Below the pieces are notes generated by a model. That model made no database searches, was not told the origin of the DNA, and saw only the letters and a program-made list of their open reading frames with translations. Source: Bugula neritina (Eukaryota > Animalia > Bryozoa). From it: a DNA stretch of 64,000 nt. How positions within the stretch are numbered: position 1 is the first letter of the stretch; the number at the start of each line of letters is the position of its first letter. The stretch lies in assembly GCA_964035545.1 (NCBI GenBank), contig CAXIUT010000183.1:868001-932000 (forward strand), in the 5' to 3' direction. The position numbers and the translations under genes are program-made. Of this stretch, positions 16,601-31,600 are shown piece after piece.

Positions 16601-17100
16601 TACTGAAATACACTGCTACATACTGAAATATACTGCAACATACTGCAACATACTGCAATACACTGTAACATACTGAAATACACTGCAACATACTACAACA
16701 TATTGAAACACACTGCAACACATTGAAATACACTGCAACTTACCGAATATATGGTAAACTACTGAAATATACTGTAACGCATTGAAAAATAGTGCAACAT
16801 ACTGAAATATATTGCGACACATTGCAATATACTGTAACATACTGAAAAATGCTGTAGCACACTGAAATATACTGCAATTCACTGAAATATACTGCAACAT
16901 ACTGAAATACACCGCAACATCCTACAACATACTGAAATACTTTGTAACATATTGAAATACACTGCAACACATTGAAATATACTGCAACATAACGAAATAT
17001 ATGGTAAACTACTGAAATATATTTTAACACACTGAAAAATACTGCAACATACTGAAATATATTTTAACACATTGAAAAATACTGCAACATACTGAAATAT
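13690..17100. repeat. Duplicated ~1.5-kb block at offset 1,928 bp (~13690-15170 and ~15620-17100)
   Basis: ORF offsets are +1928 (14075/16003, 14298/16226, 14688/16616, 14951/16879). The shared variant GCAAGATACT is near 14327 and 16255. Boundaries are approximate. Confidence 0.8.
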
Positions 17101-20100
17101 ACTGTAACACACTGAAGTACACTGCAACTCACTGAAATATACTGCAATATACAGAAATACACTGCAACATCCTACAAAATGCTGAAATACACTGTAACAT
17201 ATTGAAATACACTGCAACACATTGAAATATACTGCAACATACCGAAATATATAGTAAACTACTGAAATATACTGTAACACATTGAAAAATACTGCAACAT
17301 ACTGAAATATACTGCAACATACCTAAATATACGGTAATATACTGAAATATACTGTAACACACCGAAATATACTGCAACATACTGAAATACACTGTAACAT
17401 ACTGAAATACACTGCTACATACTGCAACATACTGCAACATACTGCAACATACTGAAATACACTGTAACATACTGAAATACACTGCAACATACTACAAAAT
17501 ATTGAAATACACTGCAACACATTGAAATACACTGCAACACATTGAAATATACTGCAACATAACGAAATATATGGTAAACTACTGAAATATATTTTAACAC
17601 ATTGAAAAATACTGCAACATACTGAAATATATTTTAACACATTGAAAAATACTGCAACATACTGAAATATACTGTAACACACTGAAGTATACTGCAACAT
17701 ACTGAAATACACTGTAACATACTGAAATATACTGCAACATACTCAAATACACTGCTACATACTGAAATATACTGCAACGTACTGCAACATACTCCAACAT
17801 ACTGAAATACACTGTACCATACTGAAATACACTGCAACATACTACCACATATTGAAATACACTGCAACACATTGAAATACACTGCAACTTACCGAATATA
17901 TGGTAAACTACTGAAATATACTGTAACGCATTGAAAAATACTGCAACATACTGAAATATATTGCGACACATTGCAATATACTGTAACATACTGAAAAATG
18001 CTGTAGCTCACTGAAATATACTGCAATTCACTGAAATATACTGCAACATACTGAAATACACCGCAACATCCTACAACATACTGAAATACTTTGTAACATA
18101 TTGAAATACACTGCAACACGTTGAAATATACTGCAACATAACGAAATATATGGTAAACTACTGAAATATATTTTAACACATCGAAAAATACTGCAACATA
18201 CTGAAATATATTTTAACACATTGAAAAATACTGAAACATACTGAAATATACTGTAACACACTGAAGTACACTGCAACTCACTGAAATATACTGCAATATA
18301 CAGAAATACACTGCAACATCCTACAAAATGCTGAAATACACTGTACCATACTGAAATACACTGCAACATACTACCACATATTGAAATACACTGCAACACA
18401 TTGAAATACACTGCAACTTACCGAATATATAGTAAACTACTGAAATATACTGTAACGCATTGAAAAATACTGCAACATACTGAAATATATTGCGACACAT
18501 TGCAATATACTGTAACATACTGAAAAATGCTGTAGCACACTGAAATATACTGCAATTCACTGAAATATACTGCAACATACTGAAATACACCGCAACATCC
18601 TACAACATACTGAAATACTTTGTAACATATTGAAATACACTGCAACACGTTGAAATATACTGCAACATAACGAAATATATGGTAAACTACTGAAATATAT
18701 TTTAACACATCGAAAAATACTGCAACATACTGAAATATACTGTAACACACTGAAGTACACTGCAACTCACTGAAATATACTGCAATATACAGAAATACAC
18801 TGCAACATCCTACAAAATGCTGAAATACACTGTACCATATTGAAATACACTGCAACATACTACCACATATTGAAATACACTGCAACACATTGAAATGTAC
18901 TTCAACATACCGAAATATAAGGTAAACTACTAAAATATGCTGTAACATATTGAAAAATACTGCAACATACTGAAATATACTGCGACACCTAGCAATATAC
19001 TGTAACATACTGAAATATGCTCTAGCACACTGAAATACAATGCAACTTACTGAAATATACTGCAACATACTGAAATACACTGCAACATCCTACAATATGC
19101 TGAAATACACTGTAACATATTGAAATACACTGCAACACTTTGAAATATACTGCAACATACCTAAATATACGGTAATATACTGAAATATACTGTAACACAT
19201 TGAAAAATCCTGCAACATACTGGAATATACTGTAACACACCGAAATATACTGCAACATACTGAAACACACTGTAACATACTGAAATATACTGCAACATAC
19301 TGAAATACACTGCTACATACTGAAATATGCTGCAACATACTGCAAGATACTGAAATACACTGTAACATACTGAAATAAACTGCAACATACTACAACATAT
19401 TGAAATACACTGCAACACATTGAAATGTACTGCAACATATCTAAATATACGGTAATATACTGAAATTCACTGTAACGCATTGCAAAATACTGCAACATAC
19501 TGAAATTCACTGCGACACACTGAAATACGCTGCAAAATACTACAACATACTGAAATAAACTGTAACATATTGAAATACACTGCAACACATTGAAAAATAC
19601 TGCAACATACTGAAATATACTGTAACACACTGAAATATACTGCAACATACTGAAATACACTGTAACATACTGAAATATACTGCAACATACTGAAATACAC
19701 TGCTACATACTGAAATATACTGCAACATACTGCAACATACTGCAATACACTGTAACATACTGAAATACACTGCAACATACTACAACATATTGAAACACAC
19801 TGCAACACATTGAAATACACTGCAACTTACCGAATATATGGTAAACTACTGAAATATACTGTAACGCATTGAAAAATAGTGCAACATACTGAAATATATT
19901 GCGACACATTGCAATATACTGTAACATACTGAAAAATGCTGTAGCACACTGAAATATACTGCAATTCACTGAAATATACTGCAACATACTGAAATACACC
20001 GCAACATCCTACAACATACTGAAATACTTTGTAACATATTGAAATACACTGCAACACATTGAAATATACTGCAACATAACGAAATATATGGTAAACTACT

Positions 20101-23100
20101 GAAATATATTTTAACACACTGAAAAATACTGCAACATACTGAAATATATTTTAACACATTGAAAAATACTGCAACATACTGAAATATACTGTAACACACT
20201 GAAGTACACTGCAACTCACTGAAATATACTGCAATATACAGAAATACACTGCAACATCCTACAAAATGCTGAAATACACTGTAACATATTGAAATACACT
20301 GCAACACATTGAAATATACTGCAACATACCGAAATATATAGTAAACTACTGAAATATACTGTAACACATTGAAAAATACTGCAACATACTGAAATATACT
20401 GCAACATACCTAAATATACGGTAATATACTGAAATATACTGTAACACACCGAAATATACTGCAACATACTGAAATACACTGTAACATACTGAAATACACT
20501 GCTACATACTGCAACATACTGCAACATACTGCAACATACTGAAATACACTGTAACATACTGAAATACACTGCAACATACTACAAAATATTGAAATACACT
20601 GCAACACATTGAAATACACTGCAACACATTGAAATATACTGCAACATAACGAAATATATGGTAAACTACTGAAATATATTTTAACACATTGAAAAATACT
20701 GCAACATACTGAAATATATTTTAACACATTGAAAAATACTGCAACATACTGAAATATACTGTAACACACTGAAGTATACTGCAACATACTGAAATACACT
20801 GTAACATACTGAAATATACTGCAACATACTCAAATACACTGCTACATACTGAAATATACTGCAACGTACTGCAACATACTCCAACATACTGAAATACACT
20901 GTACCATACTGAAATACACTGCAACATACTACCACATATTGAAATACACTGCAACACATTGAAATACACTGCAACTTACCGAATATATGGTAAACTACTG
21001 AAATATACTGTAACGCATTGAAAAATACTGCAACATACTGAAATATATTGCGACACATTGCAATATACTGTAACATACTGAAAAATGCTGTAGCTCACTG
21101 AAATATACTGCAATTCACTGAAATATACTGCAACATACTGAAATACACCGCAACATCCTACAACATACTGAAATACTTTGTAACATATTGAAATACACTG
21201 CAACACGTTGAAATATACTGCAACATAACGAAATATATGGTAAACTACTGAAATATATTTTAACACATCGAAAAATACTGCAACATACTGAAATATATTT
21301 TAACACATTGAAAAATACTGAAACATACTGAAATATACTGTAACACACTGAAGTACACTGCAACTCACTGAAATATACTGCAATATACAGAAATACACTG
21401 CAACATCCTACAAAATGCTGAAATACACTGTACCATACTGAAATACACTGCAACATACTACCACATATTGAAATACACTGCAACACATTGAAATACACTG
21501 CAACTTACCGAATATATAGTAAACTACTGAAATATACTGTAACGCATTGAAAAATACTGCAACATACTGAAATATATTGCGACACATTGCAATATACTGT
21601 AACATACTGAAAAATGCTGTAGCACACTGAAATATACTGCAATTCACTGAAATATACTGCAACATACTGAAATACACCGCAACATCCTACAACATACTGA
21701 AATACTTTGTAACATATTGAAATACACTGCAACACGTTGAAATATACTGCAACATAACGAAATATATGGTAAACTACTGAAATATATTTTAACACATCGA
21801 AAAATACTGCAACATACTGAAATATACTGTAACACACTGAAGTACACTGCAACTCACTGAAATATACTGCAATATACAGAAATACACTGCAACATCCTAC
21901 AAAATGCTGAAATACACTGTACCATATTGAAATACACTGCAACATACTACCACATATTGAAATACACTGCAACACATTGAAATGTACTTCAACATACCGA
22001 AATATAAGGTAAACTACTAAAATATGCTGTAACATATTGAAAAATACTGCAACATACTGAAATATACTGCGACACCTAGCAATATACTGTAACATACTGA
22101 AATATGCTCTAGCACACTGAAATACAATGCAACTTACTGAAATATACTGCAACATACTGAAATACACTGCAACATCCTACAATATGCTGAAATACACTGT
22201 AACATATTGAAATACACTGCAACACTTTGAAATATACTGCAACATACCTAAATATACGGTAATATACTGAAATATACTGTAACACATTGAAAAATCCTGC
22301 AACATACTGAAATATACTGTAACACACCGAAATATACTGCAACATACTGAAACACACTGTAACATACTGAAATATACTGCAACATACTGAAATACACTGC
22401 TACATACTGAAATATGCTGCAACATACTGCAAGATACTGAAATACACTGTAACATACTGAAATAAACTGCAACATACTACAACATATTGAAATACACTGC
22501 AACACATTGAAATGTACTGCAACATATCTAAATATACGGTAATATACTGAAATTCACTGTAACGCATTGCAAAATACTGCAACATACTGAAATTCACTGC
22601 GACACACTGAAATACGCTGCAAAATACTACAACATACTGAAATAAACTGTAACATATTGAAATACACTGCAACACATTGAAAAATACTGCAACATACTGA
22701 AATATACTGTAACACACTGAAATATACTGCAACATACTGAAATACACTGTAACATACTGAAATATACTGCAACATACTGAAATACACTGCTACATACTGA
22801 AATATACTGCAACATACTGCAACATACTGCAATACACTGTAACATACTGAAATACACTGCAACATACTACAACATATTGAAACACACTGCAACACATTGA
22901 AATACACTGCAACTTACCGAATATATGGTAAACTACTGAAATATACTGTAACGCATTGAAAAATAGTGCAACATACTGAAATATATTGCGACACATTGCA
23001 ATATACTGTAACATACTGAAAAATGCTGTAGCACACTGAAATATACTGCAATTCACTGAAATATACTGCAACATACTGAAATACACCGCAACATCCTACA

Positions 23101-24504
23101 ACATACTGAAATACTTTGTAACATATTGAAATACACTGCAACACATTGAAATATACTGCAACATAACGAAATATATGGTAAACTACTGAAATATATTTTA
23201 ACACACTGAAAAATACTGCAACATACTGAAATATATTTTAACACATTGAAAAATACTGCAACATACTGAAATATACTGTAACACACTGAAGTACACTGCA
23301 ACTCACTGAAATATACTGCAATATACAGAAATACACTGCAACATCCTACAAAATGCTGAAATACACTGTAACATATTGAAATACACTGCAACACATTGAA
23401 ATATACTGCAACATACCGAAATATATAGTAAACTACTGAAATATACTGTAACACATTGAAAAATACTGCAACATACTGAAATATACTGCAACATACCTAA
23501 ATATACGGTAATATACTGAAATATACTGTAACACACCGAAATATACTGCAACATACTGAAATACACTGTAACATACTGAAATACACTGCTACATACTGCA
23601 ACATACTGCAACATACTGCAACATACTGAAATACACTGTAACATACTGAAATACACTGCAACATACTACAAAATATTGAAATACACTGCAACACATTGAA
23701 ATACACTGCAACACATTGAAATATACTGCAACATAACGAAATATATGGTAAACTACTGAAATATATTTTAACACATTGAAAAATACTGCAACATACTGAA
23801 ATATATTTTAACACATTGAAAAATACTGCAACATACTGAAATATTCTGTAACACACTGAAGTATACTGCAACATACTGAAATACACTGTAACATACTGAA
23901 ATATACTGCAACATACTCAAATACACTGCTACATACTGAAATATACTGCAACGTACTGCAACATACTCCAACATACTGAAATACACTGTACCATACTGAA
24001 ATACACTGCAACATACTACCACATATTGAAATACACTGCAACACATTGAAATACACTGTAACTTACCGAATATATGGTAAACTACTGAAATATACTGTAA
24101 CGCATTGAAAAATACTGCAACATACTGAAATATATTGCGACACATTGCAATATACTGTAACATACTGAAAAATGCTGTAGCACACTGAAATATACTGCAA
24201 TTCACTGAAATATACTGCAACATACTGAAATACACCGCAACATCCTACAACATACTGAAATACTTTGTAACATATTGAAATACACTGCAACACGTTGAAA
24301 TATACTGCAACATAACGAAATATATGGTAAACTACTGAAATATATTTTAACACATCGAAAAATACTGCAACATACTGAAATATATTTTAACACATTGAAA
24401 AATACTGCAACATACTGAAATATACTGTAACACACTGAAGTACACTGCAACTCACTGAAATATACTGCAATATACAGAAATACACTGCAACATCCTAAAA
24501 AATG
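15244..24504. repeat. Three tandem copies of a 3,087-bp higher-order unit (15244-18330, 18331-21417, 21418-24504)
   Basis: ORF offsets are +3087 twice (15331/18418/21505; 16226/19313/22400; 17323/20410/23497). The private variant TATCTAAATA is at 16351, 19438 and 22525. Similarity trails on to about 24580. Confidence 0.95.
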
Positions 24505-25657
24505 CTGAAATACACTGTACCATATTGAAATACACTGCAACATACTACCACATATTGAAATACACTGCAACACATTGAAATGTACTTCAACATACCGAAA
24601 TATAAGGTAAACTACTAAAATATGCTGTAACATATTGAAAAATACTGCAACATACTGAAATATACTGCGACACCTAGCAATATACTGTAACATACTGAAA
24701 TATGCTCTAGCACACTGAAATACAATGCAACTTACTGAAATATACTGCAACATACTGAAATACACTGCAACATCCTACAATATGCTGAAATACACTGTAA
24801 CATATTGAAATACACTGCAACACTTTGAAATATACTGCAACATACCTAAATATACGGTAATATACTGAAATATACTGTAACACATTGAAAAATCCTGCAA
24901 CATACTGAAATATACTGTAACACACTGAAATATACTGCAACATACTGAAATACACTGTAACATACTGAAATATACTGCAACATACTGAAATACACTGCTA
25001 CATACTGAAATATACTGCAACATACTGCAACATACTGCAATACACTGTAACATACTGAAATACACTGCAACATACTACAACATATTGAAACACACTGCAA
25101 CACATTGAAATACACTGCAACTTACCGAATATATGGTAAACTACTGAAATATACTGTAACGCATTGAAAAATAGTGCAACATACTGAAATATATTGCGAC
25201 ACATTGCAATATACTGTAACATACTGAAAAATGCTGTAGCACACTGAAATATACTGCAATTCACTGAAATATACTGCAACATACTGAAATACACCGCAAC
25301 ATCCTACAACATACTGAAATACTTTGTAACATATTGAAATACACTGCAACACATTGAAATATACTGCAACATAACGAAATATATGGTAAACTACTGAAAT
25401 ATATTTTAACACACTGAAAAATACTGCAACATACTGAAATATATTTTAACACATTGAAAAATACTGCAACATACTGAAATATACTGTAACACACTGAAGT
25501 ACACTGCAACTCACTGAAATATACTGCAATATACAGAAATACACTGCAACATCCTACAAAATGCTGAAATACACTGTAACATATTGAAATACACTGCAAC
25601 ACATTGAAATATACTGCAACATACCGAAATATATAGTAAACTACTGAAATATACTGT

Positions 25658-28600
25658 AACACATTGAAAAATACTGCAACATACTGAAATACACTGCAAC
25701 ATACCTAAATATACGGTAATATACTGAAATATACTGTAACACACCGAAATATACTGCAACATACTGAAATACACTGTAACATACTGAAATACACTGCTAC
25801 ATACTGCAACATACTGCAACATACTGCAACATACTGAAATACACTGTAACATACTCAAATAAACTGCAACATACTACAAAATATTGAAATACACTGCAAC
25901 ACATTGAAATATACTGCTACATACCTAAATATACGGTAATATACTGAAATATACTGTAACACATTGAAAAAACTGCAACATACTGAAATACACTGCAACG
26001 CACTGAAGTGCACCGCAAAATACTACAACATGCTGAAATGCACTGTAACATATTGAAATCCACTGCAACACATTGAAATACACTGCAACATACCGAAATA
26101 TATGGTAAACTAATGAAATATACTGTAACACATTGAAAAATACCGCAACATACTGAAATATACTGCGACACATTGCAATATACTGTAACATATTGAAATA
26201 TGCTGTAGCACACTGAAATACACTGCAACATCCTACAACATACTGAAATACACTGTAACATATTGAAATACACTGCAAGAAATTGAAATAGACTGAAACA
26301 TAACAAAATATATGGTAAACTACTGAAATAGACTTCAACACATTGAAAAATACTGCAACATACAGAAATATGCTGTAACACACTGAAATATACTGCAACA
26401 TACTGAAATACACTGTAACATTCTGAAATATAATGCAACATACTGAAATACACTGCTACATACTGAAATATACTGCAACATACTGCAAAATACTGCAACA
26501 TACTGAAATACACTGTAACATATTGAAGTACACTGCAACACATTGAAATATACTGCAACATACCAAAATATATGGTAAACAACTGAAATATACTTTAACA
26601 CATTGAAAAATACTGCAACATACTGAAATATACTGCGACACTTTGCAATATACTGTAACATACCGAAATATGCTCTAGCACACTGAAATACACTGCAACT
26701 CACTGAAATATACTGCAACATACTGAAATACACTGTGACATCCTGAAATATACTGCAACATTCTGAAATACACTGCTACATACTGAAATATACTGCAACA
26801 TACTGCAACATAGTGAAATACACTGCAACATACTACAACATACTGAAATACGCTGCAACACATTGAAATATACTGCAACATACCTAAATATACGGTAATA
26901 TACCGAAATATACTGTAACGCATTGCAAAATACTGCAACATACTGAAATACACTGCGACACACTGAAATACGCTGCAAAATACTACAACATACTGAAAAA
27001 AACTGTAACATATTGAAATACACTGCAATACATTGAAAAATAATGCAATATACTGAAATATACTGTAACACACTGAAATATACTGCAACATACTGAAATA
27101 CACTGTAACATACTGAAATATACTGCAACGTACTGAAATACACTGCTACATACTGAAATATACTGTAACATACTGCAACATACTGAAATACACTGTAACA
27201 TACTGAGATACAGTGCCGCATACTGCAACATATTGAACTACACTGCAACACATTGAAATATATTGCAACTTATCGAATATATGGAAAACTACTGAAATAT
27301 ACTGTAACGCATTGAAAAAGACTGCAACATACTGAAATATATTGCGACACATTGCAATATACTGTAATATACTGAAAAATGCTGTAGCACACTGAAATAT
27401 ACTGCAATTCGCTGAAATATACTGCAACATACTGAAATACACCGCAACATCCTACAACATACTAAAATACACTGTAACATTTCGAAATACACTGCAACAC
27501 ATTGAATTATTTTGCAACATAATGAAATATATGGTAAACTACTGAAATATATTTTAACAAATTGAAAAATACTGCAACATACTGAAATATACTGTAACAC
27601 ACTGAAGTATACTGCAACATACTGAAATACACTGTAACATACTGAAATATACTGCAACATACTGAAATACACTGCTACATACTGAAATATACTGCAACGT
27701 ACTGCAACATACTGCAACATACTGAAATACACTGTAACATACTGAAATACACTGCAACATACTACCACATATTGAAATACACTGCAACACATTGAAATGT
27801 ACTGCAACATACCGAAATATATGGTAAACTACTAAAATATACTGTAACACATTGAAATATACTGCAACATACCTAAATATACGGTAATATACTGAAATAT
27901 ACTGTAACACGTGGAAAAAACTGCCACATACTGAAATACGCTGCAACACACTGAAGGACACCGCAAAATACCACAACATGCTGAAATACACTGTGACATA
28001 TAGAAATACACTGCAACACATTGAAATATACTGCAACATACCGAAATATATGGTAAACTAATGAAATATACTGTAACACATTGAAAAATACCGCAACATA
28101 CTGAAAAATACTGCGACACATTGCAATATACTGTAACATACTGAAATATGCTGTAGCACACTGAAATACACTGCAACATCCTACAACATACTGAAATACA
28201 CTGTAACATATTGAAATACACTGCAACACATTAAAATATACTGCAACATACCAAAATATATGGTAAACAACTGAAATATACTTTAACACATTGAAAAATA
28301 CTGCAACATACTGAAATATACTGCGACACTTTGCAATATACTGTAACATACCGAAATATGCTCTAGCACACTGAAATACACTGCAACTCACTGAAATATA
28401 CTGCAACATACTGAAATACACTGTGACATCCTGAAATATACTGCAACATTCTGAAATACACTGCTACATACTGAAATATACTGCAACATACTGCAACATA
28501 CTGAAATACACTGCAACATACTACAACATACTGAAATACGCTGCAACACATTGAAATATACTGCAACATACCTAAATATACGGTAATATACCGAAATATA

Positions 28601-31600
28601 CTGTAACGCATTGCAAAATACTGCAACATACTGAAATACACTGCGACACACTGAAATACGCTGCAAAATACTACAACATACTGAAATAAACTGTAACATA
28701 TTGAAATACACTGCAATACATTGAAAAATAATGCGATATACTGAAATATACTGTAACACACTGAAATATACTGCAACATACTGAAATACACTGTAACATA
28801 CTGAAATATACTGCAACGTACTGAAATACACTGCTACATACTGAAATATACTGTAACATACTGCAACATACTGAAATACACTGTAACATACTGAGATACA
28901 CTGCCGCATACTGCAACATATTAAACTACACTGCAACACATTGAAATATATTGCAACTTATCGAATATATGGAAAACTACTGAAATATACTGTAACGCAT
29001 TGAGAAGACTGCAACATACTGAAATATATTGCGACACATTGCAATATACTGTAATATACTGAAAAATGCTGTAGCACACTGAAATATACTGCAATTCGCT
29101 GAAATATACTGCAACATACTGAAATACACCGCAACATCCTACAACATACTAAAATACACTGTAACATTTCGAAATACACTGCAACACATTGAATTATACT
29201 GAAACATAACGAAATATATGGTAAACTACTGAAATATATTTTAACAAATTGAAAAATACTGCAACATACTGAAATATACTGTAACACACTGAAGTATACT
29301 GCAACATACTGAAATACACTGTAACATACTGAAATATACTGCAACATACTGAAATACACTGCTACATACTGAGATATACTGCAACGTACTGCAACATACT
29401 GCAACATACTGAAATACACTGTAACATACTGAAATACACTGCAACATACTACCACATATTGAAATACACTGCAACACATTGAAATGTACTGCAACATACC
29501 GAAATATATGGTAAACTACTAAAATATACTGTAACACATTGAAATATACTGCAACATACCTAAATATACGGTAATATACTGAAATATACTGTAACACGTG
29601 GAAAAAACTGCAACATACTGAAATACGCTGCAACACACTGAAATACACCGCAAAATACCACAACATACTGAAATACACTGTGACATATAGAAATACACTG
29701 CAACACATTGAAATATACTGCAACATACCGAAATATATGGTAAACTAATGAAATATACTGTAACACATTGAAAAATACCGCAACATACTGAAAAATACTG
29801 CGACACATTGCAATATACTGTAACATACTGAAATATGCTGTAGCACACTGAAATACACTGCAACATCCTACAACATACTGAAATACACTGTAACATATTG
29901 AAATACACTGCAACACCTTGAAATATACTGCAACATAACAAAATATATGGTAAACTACTGAAATAGACTTTAACACATTGAAAAATACTGCAACATACTG
30001 AAATATACTGTAACACACTGAAGTATACTGCAACATACTGAAATACACTGTAACATACTGAAATATACTGCAACATACTGAAATACACTGCTACATACTG
30101 AAATATACTGCAACGTACTGCAACATACTCCAACATACTGAAATACACTGTAACATACTGAAATACACTGCAACATACTACCACATATTGAAATACACTG
30201 CAACACATTGAAATGTACTTCAACATACCGAAATATAAGGTAAACTACTAAAATATGCTGTAACATATGGAAAAATACTGCAACATACTGAAATATACTG
30301 CGACACCTAGCAATATACTGTAACATACTGAAATATGCTCTAGCACACTGAAATACAATGCAACTTACTGAAATATACTGCAACATACTGAAGTACACTG
30401 CAACATCCTACAATATGCTGAAATACACTGTAACATATTGAATTACACTGCAACACTTTGAAATATACTGCAACATACCGAAATATATGGTAAACTACTG
30501 CAACATACTACAACATATTGAAATACACTGCAACACATTGAAGTATACTGCAACATACCTAAATATACGGTAATATACTGAAATATACTGTAACACATTG
30601 AAAAATCCTGCAACATACTGAAATATACTGTAACGCACCGAAATATACTGCAACATACTGAAATACACTGTAACATACTGAAATATACTGCAACATACTG
30701 AAATACACTGCTACATACTGAAATATGCTGCAACATACTGCAACATACTGAAATACACTGTAACATACTGAAATAAACTGCAACATACTACAACATATTG
30801 AAATACACTGCAACACATTGAAATATACTGCAACATACCTAAATATACGGTAATATACTGAAATTCACTGTAACGCATTGCAAAATACTGCAACATACTG
30901 AAATTCACTGCGACACACTGAAATACGCTGCAAAATACTACAACATACTGAAATAAACTGTAACATATTGAAATACACTGCAACAGATTGAAAAATACTG
31001 CAACATACTGAAATATACTGTAACACACTGAAATATACTGCAACATACTGAAATACACTGTAACATACTGAAATATACTGCAACATACTGAAATACACTG
31101 CTACATACTGAAATATACTGCAACATACTGCAACATACTGCAATACACTGTAACATACTGAAATACACTGCAACATACTACAAAATATTGAAATACACTG
31201 CAACACATTGAAATACACTGCAACACATTGAAATATACTGCAACATAACGAAATATATGGTAAACTACTGAAATATATTTTAACACATTGAAAAATACTG
31301 CAACATACTGAAATATATTTTAACACATTGAAAAATACTGCAACATACTGAAATATACTGCGACACTTTGCAATATACTGTAACATACCGAAATATGCTC
31401 TAGCACACTGAAATACACTGCAACTCACTGAAATATACTGCAACATACTGAAATACACTGTGACATCCTGAATCATACTGCAACATTCTGAAATACACTG
31501 TTACATACTGAAATATACTGCAACACACTGCAACATACTGAAATACACTGCAACACATTGAAATATACTGCTACATACCTAAATATACGGTAATTACTGA

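Noticed and set aside
25658-25669. 12-bp junction microhomology of the 7,932-bp duplication as a specific recombination site
   Set aside because: AACACATTGAAA occurs hundreds of times in the array, so such overlap is expected for any in-register exchange.
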